Assembly (NCBI GenBank): GCA_963732705.1
Contig: CAVTAN010000006.1
Location: 286,073-350,072 of the forward strand
Direction: 5' to 3'
Source: an uncultured Acidobacteriota bacterium
GTDB taxonomy: Bacteria; Acidobacteriota; Terriglobia; Acidiferrales; UBA7541
DNA length: 64,000 nucleotides
Under the pieces are notes generated by a model, which worked only from the letters and a program-made list of their open reading frames with translations, ran no database searches and was not told the DNA's origin. The position numbers were made by a program, and so were the translations under genes. Positions 8,968 through 18,745 of the stretch are shown piece by piece (the first letter of the stretch is position 1; the number at the start of each line of letters is the position of its first letter).

Positions 8968-11682
8968 TTAGCAGTGCAACTGCTCCAGCCGCTCGGTCAG
9001 CTTCTGCATCGCCACGCGTTGCTCGGCGAGCGTCGCTTGCAACCCAAGAATAATCTTTTCCGGCGCGCGGCTTCGAAAAGTGTCGTCGCTCAATTGTTTT
9101 TCCTTGGAACCTATGGCTTTGCGCAGACCGTCCAGATCCTTGGCGATCTTCGCGCATTCCGCGGCCACGTCCACGGTTTCGGCATATTCCACTCGCAGAT
9201 CAAATCGAGCGCTGGAGCGCATTGCGCCGCCCGCCTGTTCCAGCCGCGCGGCACCGACTTTCAGATCGGTCAGCATTCCCAGCCGCATAATTCCATCGCG
9301 ATTCTCTTCCAGGGACTTTCTCGCGGCGGCCTCCGGCACCGAAAGCTCGGCAGCCACCTTTTTCTTTGGATCGATCTTCATTTCCGCGCGAATATTCCGC
9401 AACGCCGCGATGATTTCCTGAATGAATTCAAACTCTCCCAGCGCCTGCTGATTTTTCCAACTGACTTGAACTTCTGGAAACCGCTCCAGAGCAATCGATT
9501 TGGCGCCAGCGCGCTGCGGCAATTGATGCCACAATTCTTCGGTCAAGAACGGCATCAAGGGATGCAGCAAGCGCAAGGCGGCCTCAAAGACCGCAAACAG
9601 GTTTCGCCACGCCACTACCGCGCGTTCCTTATCTTCGGTTTGGAGGTCCGGCTTAATCCATTCGATATACCAATCGCAGAAGTCGCCCCAGAAAAATTGG
9701 TAAATGCCCTGGGCGGCATCATGAAACCGGTAATTTGCCAGGGCGTCGTTCACCTGCTCGACGGTGGCGGCCAGGCGCGCAAAAATCCAGGCATCCCGCA
9801 GCGGCACCGCGCCCGCATAACTATACGGCGCCGCCGCGCGCACCTGCGGAGCGGCCAACTCTTCCAGGGCGACGCCGCTTTGCTCAAACTTCTCCAAGTT
9901 CACAAATAAAAATCGCGCCGCATTCCAGATTTTGTTCGCAAAATTGCGCGCCCCGCCCAAGCGGTCATCTGACAAAACAATATCGGTGCCCGGCGCGGCC
10001 ATCGAAGCCAAACAAAAGCGCATCGCGTCGGTGCCGTATTGCTGATTCAAAACCACTGGGTCAAGACCCGTGCCCTTGGATTTGGACATTTTTTCGCCGC
10101 TGCCGGTGCGCACCAGGGAATGCAGATACACAGTGCGAAAGGGAACTTCGCCGGTGAAGTGCATGCCCAACATGATCATTCGCGCCACCCAGAAAAAGAG
10201 GATGTCGTATCCAGTGATCAGCGAAGTCGTGGGGTAGTAGGTCTGGAAGTCTTTCGTCTTGGCGGGCCATCCCAGAGTCGAGAACGGCCACAACGCGGAA
10301 CTGAACCAGGTGTCCAGGACGTCCTCGTCCTGCACCAGATCTTGCGAGCCGCATGTCGCACACTTCGCTGGGGTTTGTCTGGCTACGGTTACGTGCCCTG
10401 ACCCCGCGCAGTGCCACGCTGGAATTCGATGTCCCCACCAAAGCTGGCGCGAAAGAGGCCAATCGCGAATATTTCGCATCCAGTTGAAATATTCTTCCCG
10501 GCGGTTGTCGGGGATGATGCGAATGTCGCCGCGTTCCACAGCCGCCAGCGCCGGCTCCGCCAACGGTTTCATTTTGCAAAACCACTGCGTCGAAGCGCGG
10601 GGCTCCACAACCGTATTGCTGCGCTCACAGATGCCCACCGCGTGAGTGTGCTCGGCTACCTTCTCCAGTAGTCCTTGGGTCTTCAAATCCTCGACGATTT
10701 TCTTTCGCGCTGCAAAGCGGTCCAGCCCGGCGTAGGCCCCGGCGTCCGCGTTCATCTTCCCGTCGTCGGCCATCACGTTGATTTCAGCCAGGCGATGCCG
10801 CCGGCCCACCTCGAAATCGTTGGGATCGTGGGCGGGGGTGATTTTGACCGCCCCGGTGCCGAATTCACGGTCCACCATTTCATCGGCGATGATGGGAATC
10901 GTGCGACCCGTCAGCGGAAGCGTGACGGTTTTACCGATTAACGACTGATAGCGTTCGTCCAGCGGATGCACCGCGACGGCCGTGTCTCCGAGCATGGTCT
11001 CCGGCCGGGTGGTGGCTACCACCACAAATTTCATAGGGCTCGCGGAGTTTTCGGCGTCTACCACGGGATACTTGATATGCCACAGATGGCCGACGCGCTC
11101 TTCGTGCAACACTTCCAGGTCGCTCAGCACGGTTAAGCAAACCGGACACCAGTTGATCATGTAGTGCGCGCGATAAATCAAATTCTCTTCGTACAACCGC
11201 ACGAACGCTTCACGCACCACCTTCGACATTTCTGGGGAAAGGGTGAATTTCTCGCGGGTCCAATCGCAGCTTTCGCCGATCTGCCGCATCTGCTGGGTAA
11301 TCTGGCCGCCGCTTTCCTCTTTCCATTGCCAGACGCGCTTCTCAAATTCTTCGCGCCCGAGGGTTCGATAATCGATGCCTTGCTCGGCCAGTTGGCGCAC
11401 CATCACGCGCTGCGTGGAGATTCCCGCGTGATCCATGCCGGGCAGGTATAGGGTGTTAAAGCCGCGCATGCGATGCCAGCGGGTCAAAATATCGATTTCC
11501 GAATGGTCCAGCATGTGTCCGATGTGCAAGGAACCGGTCACGTTCGGCGGAGGTATCACGATGGAGAAAACCGGCGGCGGGGCATCCGCGTCGGCGCGGA
11601 ACAACTCCTCGCGCACCCAGAAATCCGCCCACTTCGGTTCTATTTCCTGCGGCTGGTAGGCTTTTGGAATTTCACGCGCCAT
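8968..11682 (-). CDS. valS: Valine--tRNA ligase
   Basis: PPPNVTGSLHIGH, ATTRPET, SRQLWWGHRIP, DTWFSS, KMSKS, C-terminal coiled coil. Confidence 0.98.
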   Translation of the reverse strand: MAREIPKAYQPQEIEPKWADFWVREELFRADADAPPPVFSIVIPPPNVTGSLHIGHMLDHSEIDILTRWHRMRGFNTLYLPGMDHAGISTQRVMVRQLAEQGIDYRTLGREEFEKRVWQWKEESGGQITQQMRQIGESCDWTREKFTLSPEMSKVVREAFVRLYEENLIYRAHYMINWCPVCLTVLSDLEVLHEERVGHLWHIKYPVVDAENSASPMKFVVVATTRPETMLGDTAVAVHPLDERYQSLIGKTVTLPLTGRTIPIIADEMVDREFGTGAVKITPAHDPNDFEVGRRHRLAEINVMADDGKMNADAGAYAGLDRFAARKKIVEDLKTQGLLEKVAEHTHAVGICERSNTVVEPRASTQWFCKMKPLAEPALAAVERGDIRIIPDNRREEYFNWMRNIRDWPLSRQLWWGHRIPAWHCAGSGHVTVARQTPAKCATCGSQDLVQDEDVLDTWFSSALWPFSTLGWPAKTKDFQTYYPTTSLITGYDILFFWVARMIMLGMHFTGEVPFRTVYLHSLVRTGSGEKMSKSKGTGLDPVVLNQQYGTDAMRFCLASMAAPGTDIVLSDDRLGGARNFANKIWNAARFLFVNLEKFEQSGVALEELAAPQVRAAAPYSYAGAVPLRDAWIFARLAATVEQVNDALANYRFHDAAQGIYQFFWGDFCDWYIEWIKPDLQTEDKERAVVAWRNLFAVFEAALRLLHPLMPFLTEELWHQLPQRAGAKSIALERFPEVQVSWKNQQALGEFEFIQEIIAALRNIRAEMKIDPKKKVAAELSVPEAAARKSLEENRDGIMRLGMLTDLKVGAARLEQAGGAMRSSARFDLRVEYAETVDVAAECAKIAKDLDGLRKAIGSKEKQLSDDTFRSRAPEKIILGLQATLAEQRVAMQKLTERLEQLHC

Positions 11683-11943
11683 CGAGATAAATTTTCCCGC
11701 AACTAGTTAGCGGTCAACCCGCCAAAAGTTTAGTCGCTTAAATACGGTGTTAGAAATGAACTTCGACTATACGAGGGTCAAACCGACCACGTCAATTATC
11801 CGGGAGCATTTGCGCTTTTTGCGAAGGCACCCGTCAGCTGCACGAAGCAGCCGCCTGCTTCGAATAGAAACCGTTAAAGGAGTGAACCTGGTTCCGAGCA
11901 GGGCAATAAGTTTTTGTGGAATACTTGCGCTAAAAACAGGGCT

Positions 11944-13770
11944 CTAGCGCTTCTGTTTCAATTCGTCTTCAAGTATCGCTGAAATTACAGGCTTGAGTAT
12001 TTCCCTGGTTACGGCCTGCAAGACTTCTGGACTTATCTTTGCGAGCACTCTGGCTACCAGGGCATCCATGTCCCGGTCGCTCATCGATCCGGCATGTCCG
12101 CTACCACCGGCGTAGCCATGTGCGCCTGGATCGTCCGAGACGACCGTCGCAATTTCTTCGGCTGACGCTTGCCCGTTCGCATTCTGAGCGGCGCCGGCCT
12201 CATTTCCGCCCTTGGGGTGGCCGCCGGCATCCCACGCGGCCGCCAATGGATGGACCTTTTGTGTATCCGTATCCCAAGGACTTACCGGGCGAGAAAACCA
12301 GTTGTTGATTGTGCTGGGCTCCGGAATTTTTTCTTCGCCGCGTTCCGCCGCGGGTTCCGCTTGGTGAACCGCTTCGGCAGCCTGAGCGGAATCACTCGCA
12401 GCTGCCGGTTCCTCCGCAAGCGTGACCTCATGCGCGCGTGCCTGGTCGCCGCTCGCTGGCTCCCCATTTTCAATTGGCGCTTCGGGCGAAACTTCAGCAA
12501 TTTTTTGTTCCGCGCTTTGTTCCGCGCCTGGCGCGTCGGCAAACTCACTTTGCTCGTGCGCAGCGCGTTCATCCGTCGCTGCCATTTCAAGAACCTCGGC
12601 CGTCCCGGTTGTCGCAGCTTCCTCGACGGCAATCGCTCCCGCTTCGCCTGAAGAGGTGTCCGGCCCTGCGGACTGGTCCGGGTGCAGAGTTTGAGACGCA
12701 GCGCTTTCCGTAGGCCGCGCCTCCTGCGAATTGGATGCTTGGGCTTCGCCTTCGAGGGCACTCAGTTCGGTGGCGAACTCGCCCATCTCGGTCGGCACTT
12801 CAGCGGCGCTGACAAACCCGCCCTTTTCTTCGGCCTGTTCCCAGGTTTCTATGGCACTTTTCCGCCCGGCAGTTTGCAGTTCCGGGCTGTCGCGCCAATC
12901 TTTTACCGCCCCGCTGCCATCCTCGTTAGCGAATGCGCTTCCGTTCTCTTCACGTCGCCATGATGGAGCCGGTGGCGTGGCTGCCGCTTCTTCCTCTTCC
13001 TCGGGAACGTCGTCCGGTTCGTCCAAAGCGCGCCAGTCGCTGCCTCGCGCGGTTTCGACATCCCCACCAGCATCTTCGGCTGCGGGGGATTCCAGCAGAT
13101 TACCAAAAGCCATCGTATGACTGGCTGACTCGCTGCTGACGGCCTGCGGAGCAGGCGGTTCGTCCACGAAGCTCTCATCGCCAACCATTGGCACCATCGG
13201 CCCTTCAGCTACCGCGGTGTTGGACGCACTCGAAGCTGGCGCTACGGCTCCAGACGAGGACCCGCTAAAGGCCACACCGGCGAGGGGCGAAATCGGCTTC
13301 GGGGGAGGCGGGGTCGGAAAAGCACGCTGGAGCAAATCCGCGGCTTTGCGCGGAGGTGCTGCTGGGGGTTTCTCAGCGCCCGCAGGTGCGAGGGATATTC
13401 CTGCCCGCTGCAGCGCCGCTTTTACCATCGCGATTAAGGGATCGGGGGGAACGAACGGCTTCTTAAGCACTCCATCGGCCCCAACTCGCTGGGCCTCTTG
13501 CTCATCCAGTGGATCGAAGGCGCCCACCAGCAATATCACGGGAATATGTGCCAGGCTGGCATCTTTTTTCACATACTCGCAAACTTCGTATCCGTTTCGA
13601 ACCGGCATAAAAACATCCGCCAAAACCAAATCGGGACGCAACTCCGATATTTTACGCACCGCAGCTTCGCCATTGCCCACGGCAACGACATCAATTCCTT
13701 GATCCTTCAGGGCCAGCCCTACCATCCGCTGGATGTTGCTGTTGTCGTCCGCAACCAGAATCTTGGCCAC
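11944..13770 (-). CDS. Response regulator receiver plus long acidic disordered linker plus C-terminal amphipathic helices (RomR-like)
   Basis: GTG at 13770 preceded by GGAGG; KILVADD...LVLADVFMP..NGYEVC...LKKPF receiver; ORF track start at 13962 is probably too long. Confidence 0.85.
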   Translation of the reverse strand: MAKILVADDNSNIQRMVGLALKDQGIDVVAVGNGEAAVRKISELRPDLVLADVFMPVRNGYEVCEYVKKDASLAHIPVILLVGAFDPLDEQEAQRVGADGVLKKPFVPPDPLIAMVKAALQRAGISLAPAGAEKPPAAPPRKAADLLQRAFPTPPPPKPISPLAGVAFSGSSSGAVAPASSASNTAVAEGPMVPMVGDESFVDEPPAPQAVSSESASHTMAFGNLLESPAAEDAGGDVETARGSDWRALDEPDDVPEEEEEAAATPPAPSWRREENGSAFANEDGSGAVKDWRDSPELQTAGRKSAIETWEQAEEKGGFVSAAEVPTEMGEFATELSALEGEAQASNSQEARPTESAASQTLHPDQSAGPDTSSGEAGAIAVEEAATTGTAEVLEMAATDERAAHEQSEFADAPGAEQSAEQKIAEVSPEAPIENGEPASGDQARAHEVTLAEEPAAASDSAQAAEAVHQAEPAAERGEEKIPEPSTINNWFSRPVSPWDTDTQKVHPLAAAWDAGGHPKGGNEAGAAQNANGQASAEEIATVVSDDPGAHGYAGGSGHAGSMSDRDMDALVARVLAKISPEVLQAVTREILKPVISAILEDELKQKR

Positions 13771-13970
13771 CGCCCGTCCTCCGCGCGAATGCGCTATAGC
13801 CCGCTGCAATCGCCAGCTGGGTAACCTTCGCCGATTCTCCCGTATTGGAGCATCCTGTACCTCGGTCGTCAACGAATCAAGGTTTTCTTTGTGTCCCAAG
13901 TGGCTACTGGCTGGACAGGCCGCCTGCTCGGGCACGATGAACTCTTGCTCCTGCGAACCCAAATGGACAA

Positions 13971-14001
13971 TAAAAAAGGCGTGGCTTAGCGGCCACGCCT
14001 T
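13971..14001 (-). terminator. Intrinsic terminator of bamD
   Basis: Minus strand AAGGCGTGGC-CGCTAA-GCCACGCCTT followed by a T run. Confidence 0.85.
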
Positions 14002-14024
14002 CCGTGCTTGGATCGACTGGTCTC

Positions 14025-15518
14025 CTACCAGGGGACTAGTTTCCGCACACCCTTCTTTTTCTTACTGGTCGATTCCTTTTGTTTGCTGTCGTCACTTGCC
14101 GGCGTCGCGCCCGTTTTGGCCGCTGCATCCGTGGAGGCCGCGGTTCCGGCCGCATCGCCGCTCGGGGGAGCCACCGCATCGCCAGCGGCCGCCCCCGGTG
14201 CCGCGGAGCTGGATTCTCCAGTGGCAGGAGGAGCGGTTGATTCCGATGGAGAAACTGCCGCGCCGGTGGGCCCGGTCCCAGGTTGGGCATCCGGCGAGGT
14301 GGTCGTGGGAGCCGCGTCGGCTGGCGGGGTCGCATCGCTCGGAGGTGTGCCGCTATCCGTTGTTCCGTTATTGCCATCGGCTCGCGCCGAGCCAGGCGTT
14401 ACCGTGGCCACGATGCCGGTGGTGTTCCCCGGGGTGCCGGAAGTGCCGCCGCTACCCCCACTTCCGCCGACCACGATTCGCGATGAGTTGCCCCCGGTCA
14501 GCACATCCGTTGCAGAGGAGTTGTCCGCTTCCGGTTCCAGATTGGGTGCGCCTACGCGCGCCGCTGCTCTCATCTCCCCATTCGGACTCGACTTTAGCAA
14601 TCCCATCGGCCTCTTCACCAAGGCCACGTGTGGGCGGGGCGTATTCTGTTCCGCAGTCATCCACGCCTGGGCCTTCGGATCAGGCTGGGGCACCGGCACC
14701 TTCATGGCTACCAGCTTGGACTTGGCATTCCCCGCCAACCCGGACATCGGATAATTTTTCACGATTTGAGAGTAGTAGTTCGCGGCCATCTCCTTTTTCT
14801 CACTTTTGTCGAAGATGTCCGCCAGCATCCACAGCGCCCGGTCGGATCGGCTGTACAACGGATAGCGCCGGGTTAACCCGATCAAGCGCGCCGCTGCTGC
14901 TCGGCGGTCGCCTTTAGTGTAGTAATACAGCGCCACTCGATAATCGCCTTCGGCGATCACTTCCTGAACTTCACGCAGATGCTGCATGGCTTTATCGGCC
15001 AGCGGATCTTTTGGATATTTCTGCAGGAAGGTTTGAAATTCATTTTCCGCTTCTTTCGCTTCGGTGCGATCGCGGTCGGGCTTTTCCATCTGCTGGTAAT
15101 GGCCCATGGCCACTTGTAGCTGCGCATACGAGGCTTCCGGCAGGAAAGGGAAGAACACAATAAAATCTTTGTAGCCGGAGATTGCCTGCGTCATATTCGC
15201 GGTGCCGCCTTCTTTGTAGTAAGAGTCGGCAATCAGCAGTTTGGCTTTAGCGAGATATTCGCTGTCCGGATAGGTGTTGATCAGCGTCTGTAAATTCAGT
15301 CGCCCCACTTCATGGCGCCCGCGCTTGATGTCATCGGCGGCCCGGTCGTACAAAACTTTATCCGGCTGGACGCTATTGTCCGCGCTGGTGGACTTGTCTA
15401 CCTTTTTCTTGCGGTGCAGGATCTGGGCGTTTGATGTACTGGCGCCCAGGAGCAAAACCAGGGCCAATAGCCCTAATGTAAAACGACTTACAGTTGCATA
15501 CGCCGGAATACGTAGCAA
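14025..15518 (-). CDS. bamD: Outer membrane protein assembly factor BamD with long low-complexity C-terminal tail
   Basis: TPR-like helices (LINTYPDSEY, DRDRTEA, FLQKYP, REVQEVIAEGDYRVALYY); Sec signal peptide. Confidence 0.88.
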   Translation of the reverse strand: MLRIPAYATVSRFTLGLLALVLLLGASTSNAQILHRKKKVDKSTSADNSVQPDKVLYDRAADDIKRGRHEVGRLNLQTLINTYPDSEYLAKAKLLIADSYYKEGGTANMTQAISGYKDFIVFFPFLPEASYAQLQVAMGHYQQMEKPDRDRTEAKEAENEFQTFLQKYPKDPLADKAMQHLREVQEVIAEGDYRVALYYYTKGDRRAAAARLIGLTRRYPLYSRSDRALWMLADIFDKSEKKEMAANYYSQIVKNYPMSGLAGNAKSKLVAMKVPVPQPDPKAQAWMTAEQNTPRPHVALVKRPMGLLKSSPNGEMRAAARVGAPNLEPEADNSSATDVLTGGNSSRIVVGGSGGSGGTSGTPGNTTGIVATVTPGSARADGNNGTTDSGTPPSDATPPADAAPTTTSPDAQPGTGPTGAAVSPSESTAPPATGESSSAAPGAAAGDAVAPPSGDAAGTAASTDAAAKTGATPASDDSKQKESTSKKKKGVRKLVPW

Positions 15519-15749
15519 ACAACACCTCTCTAAATTTCGAACCTTCGCGATTTGCTAAAGGTCTGAGCAGCCCTGGGCGAAGCTCCCAAACTCGTGAATT
15601 ATAACCTGAACTAACGGCCAGTCCGAGCCATCTTTGCCCCTTCGGACAGCCACACCCCAATAGTCAGAGCCGCCTTCGCTCCCACCGGGTTGCCTGTCTT
15701 CCTCAGGGATTTCGAGACTTTTATTCCCGCATGCCGTCTAATATCGCTC

Positions 15750-17066
15750 ATGAAATTAAAGTTCTCCTTCGCCGTGCTATCCCTGACCTTCTCAGGCGTT
15801 TGTCCGAGCGCTTCGGCACAAACACAAATGTGTCGGGCTAACCCGCAACATACTGGCGTATACGAAGGCTCTGGAGTTCCACATTTTCACAACGTGAAGT
15901 GGAAATTTCAAACCCCAGGCTTGGTCATTTCCTCCCCAGCCGTGGACGCCGATACGGTCTACGTAGGCAGCACGGACGGGAATCTCTACGCCGTCGATTT
16001 GCATTCCGGGGAGCAGAAGTGGAAGTTTCCAACCGAGGCGCGGGTCACTTCTTCTCCGGCCGTCGACCGGGGCGTCGTGTTTTTCAGCAGCTACGATGGC
16101 AAGTTCTACGCCGTGGATGCCGGTTCCGGAAAATTAAAATGGAAATTTCAAACCGGCGGCGAGCATCGCTTCACTGCTAAACATCTCCACGGCTCCCTGC
16201 CGGCTGCCGAAGCCATGCCCGACCCCTTCGATTTGTACCTTTCGTCTCCAACACTTTTCGCAGGCGCCGTTTATTTCGGCAGCGGGGACGGAAATGTTTA
16301 TTCCCTCGAGGCTGCTAGCGGAAAACTGAATTGGAAATTTCAAACTGGTGATGTGGTTCACGCCTCTCCGGCGGTCTCGGACGGGACTGTTTATATCGGC
16401 AGCTGGGACAGCTTTTTCTACGCGCTCGATGCCGCGACCGGCAAAGAGAAGTGGCGCTTCAAAACCGGCGAAGATCCCGACATGCATAATCAAGTGGGCA
16501 TCCAATCTTCCGCGGCGGTATCCGACGGCCTGGTGTATTTCGGCTGTCGCGATTCCAATTTTTACGCGGTGGACGCCGCCACTGGCCAGAAAAAATGGTC
16601 CTTCAACAACAAGGGCTCCTGGGTGGTCAGCTCGCCTGCGGTATACGACGGCCGGGTATATTTCGGCACTTCTGACACGGAAATGTTTTATAGCTTTGAC
16701 GCGAAAACCGGCGGGGAACCTCTGGTGGCTCTAAAATTCGCGTGGCTGCTTTTTTCTTCACCGGCCATCGCTGGAGACACGGCTTATTTTGGCAGTAACG
16801 ACGGGACCTTCAACGCCGTGGATCTCAAGACCGGCAAAGTAGCGTGGACCTTCCAGACCGATTGGTCGCGGCAGAATCTGCGAGGCTTATCCAAACCGGA
16901 CGGCACCGCCAATTATGAAGCGGTGTATACCGAGAATTTTTACGACAACATGGTCATCGGGGTTTACAAGCTTTTCGCTGCCGGAGCCATTCTTTCCTGA
17001 CCGGTAGTCGCCGGTAATGCAGTTTATTTTGGCAGTACTGACGGCAACCTTTATGCTTTGAACTGA
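15750..17066 (+). CDS. Exported PQQ-like beta-propeller repeat protein; in-frame TGA at 16998-17000 interrupts the last blade
   Basis: Repeated SSPAV..G.VY.GS.DG.LYA.D..TG..KW.F.T units; past the TGA the frame reads PVVAGNAVYFGSTDGNLYALN to a stop at 17066. Confidence 0.85.
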
Positions 17067-17170
17067 TGGAAGTGTTTAGTCGACCATGCTGCGGCGGGAA
17101 TGCTCGGGAAAGATATTCAGCCGAAGGTAATTGGATGCGGATTTTTTTCGGCCCGGGAGTAAAGACGCTA

Positions 17171-18439
17171 TCAGCCGACAGGGCTAAAGCGGTTCACCAC
17201 CAGGCAAGTGATGTCATCGTGTTGATCGGCGCGCCCGGTGAACTCGTCCAGCCTGTTCAGAACTGTCGCCAGCGTCACCGCTGCTCGTTCTTCGACCTGC
17301 CTCGATTTTAGCGCTGCTACCAGCCGCGACTCTCCAAATTGTTCTCCGCGCACACTGCGCGCTTCGGTAATTCCATCGGTGTAAATAACCAGCGCGTCGT
17401 ACGGTTGCATAAAGGTTTCGCCAGCCGCGTACTTCTCCGTCAGCTCGATTCCCAGCGGCATGCTCTCGGACTGCAGTCGCTCAACATCACCATTTTCCCG
17501 AATTAATAACGGCGGGTTGTGTCCCGCGCATAAGTACGTCAGCTTGCCCGTCGCGGGATTCAGCTCCGCCAGAAATGCCGTGGTAAACCGTCTGCCGCTC
17601 AGGTTGTTTGCGCACACCAGTCTATTCAAATCCGTGACCAGCTCGGACAGCGAACTGCTGGACCCTGCCAGGGCTCGCAAACTGGCCTGGAAGTTGGCCA
17701 TCATCATCGCCGCCGGTACGCTTTTGCCCGCCACGTCGGCCACCGCCAAGAGCAGTGGGCCATCGTTGGCCCGGCGAAATGCGTCGTAGTAATCGCCGCC
17801 CACCATATTCGCTGGACGCATCGCGAACGCCATATCCACGCCGGGAATCGTGGGAGCTACGCGGGGCACCAGCAAGCGCTGAATCTCGCGCGCGATCTCG
17901 ATATCCCGCTTCATGGTGACGTGGTCGCCCAGCACCATCAGCAACAACAACAACAGGCCGCTGAAAGCCACCGCAAACTCCACTTGCGGGGTAATGACCA
18001 GAAATCCAAATCCGAACGTGGCCAGCAAGGCCACGATCAGCGTGGCCAGCAGAAACACTCGGCGCGCCGGGGACAGTTTCGCTAAAATCGCCACGAACAA
18101 GGCCGCAGCCATTCGAAACGGTTGCTTCCACGAGCGATCCGCCGGCAAACCGCGCAAATCGGCATCCTGGCGATACAGCAGCGTGCTGGCCTCCGCCTCG
18201 ATCTTGAATTGCGACCAAAGCTCGTTCAGCTCCAGCCCGTCGGTAAGATGATGCCAGCCATCTTTGGCTTGCCACCGAGCGCGACGCCACTCCATCTGCG
18301 CCGTGTGGTACGTCTGGCGGACTTTTTTGCGCGCCGCGGTGGCACGCACCTTCAGCCCGCCCGGCCCATTCGTTGACTCCGTGGGACGAACCTCGTCGCG
18401 GTGTTCAGGCTCTGGAACTTGCGTGATTTGCTGGGTCAA
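17171..18439 (-). CDS. Membrane-anchored SpoIIE/RsbU-type PP2C phosphatase
   Basis: AREIQ..L, VGGDYYD, VADVAGK, AGHNPP, YTDGITEA, DDIT; two predicted TM segments. Confidence 0.92.
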   Translation of the reverse strand: MTQQITQVPEPEHRDEVRPTESTNGPGGLKVRATAARKKVRQTYHTAQMEWRRARWQAKDGWHHLTDGLELNELWSQFKIEAEASTLLYRQDADLRGLPADRSWKQPFRMAAALFVAILAKLSPARRVFLLATLIVALLATFGFGFLVITPQVEFAVAFSGLLLLLLMVLGDHVTMKRDIEIAREIQRLLVPRVAPTIPGVDMAFAMRPANMVGGDYYDAFRRANDGPLLLAVADVAGKSVPAAMMMANFQASLRALAGSSSSLSELVTDLNRLVCANNLSGRRFTTAFLAELNPATGKLTYLCAGHNPPLLIRENGDVERLQSESMPLGIELTEKYAAGETFMQPYDALVIYTDGITEARSVRGEQFGESRLVAALKSRQVEERAAVTLATVLNRLDEFTGRADQHDDITCLVVNRFSPVG

Positions 18440-18695
18440 CTACACTTCTCCGTCGTGCTCAACCTGATGAGCACTGTTTAGATGCTACGCCCGTCCGACA
18501 GGTCCTATGAGGGCCATCGAATCGGCCTTGTCCAATGTTCCATTGCTGTTGAGCTTCAATCCCTGACAAACGGCGACCTCCACTTCGTGTCACCGGCATT
18601 GACGCTGGGTGGTCAGTTCTCGTACTTCAGTTGCTGGCCAGCCTTGCGTTTTCGGTGGCGGTCTGGATTTTATGATCTTATAAAATTATGAGAAA

Positions 18696-18733
18696 GATAA
18701 CAGGTCAAAAAACTCCTGCCGGTGCCTGTTATC
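18696..18733 (-). terminator. Putative terminator hairpin after the PASTA gene
   Basis: Perfect 9-bp inverted repeat GATAACAGG/CCTGTTATC followed by TTTCT on the minus strand; loop is long. Confidence 0.4.
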
Positions 18734-18745
18734 GAAGTTAGAAAG

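Noticed and set aside
8848-9909. 353-aa plus-strand ORF
   Set aside because: Antisense shadow of valS; no recognizable motifs; expected in GC-rich DNA
11683-11943. Possible T-box riboswitch upstream of valS
   Set aside because: No UGGNACC T-box motif on the minus strand; only an 8-bp hairpin (11843-11862) is present
13733-14917. Long plus-strand ORFs (394 aa and 248 aa)
   Set aside because: Antisense to the low-complexity BamD tail; composition mirrors the sense strand
15900-17066. Repeated DNA units such as TGGAAATTTCAAAC resembling an array
   Set aside because: They are coding repeats of propeller blades (WKFQT), not CRISPR repeats; no cas genes present
15750-17066. Calling the propeller protein BamB because it neighbours bamD
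   Set aside because: It is divergently transcribed, has no clear lipobox, and has more regular repeats than BamB; left as a generic PQQ-like propeller
18661-18700. Possible dif site (TTATGAGAAAG resembles the XerD arm)
   Set aside because: No XerC arm ending in ATAA at the required 6-nt spacing
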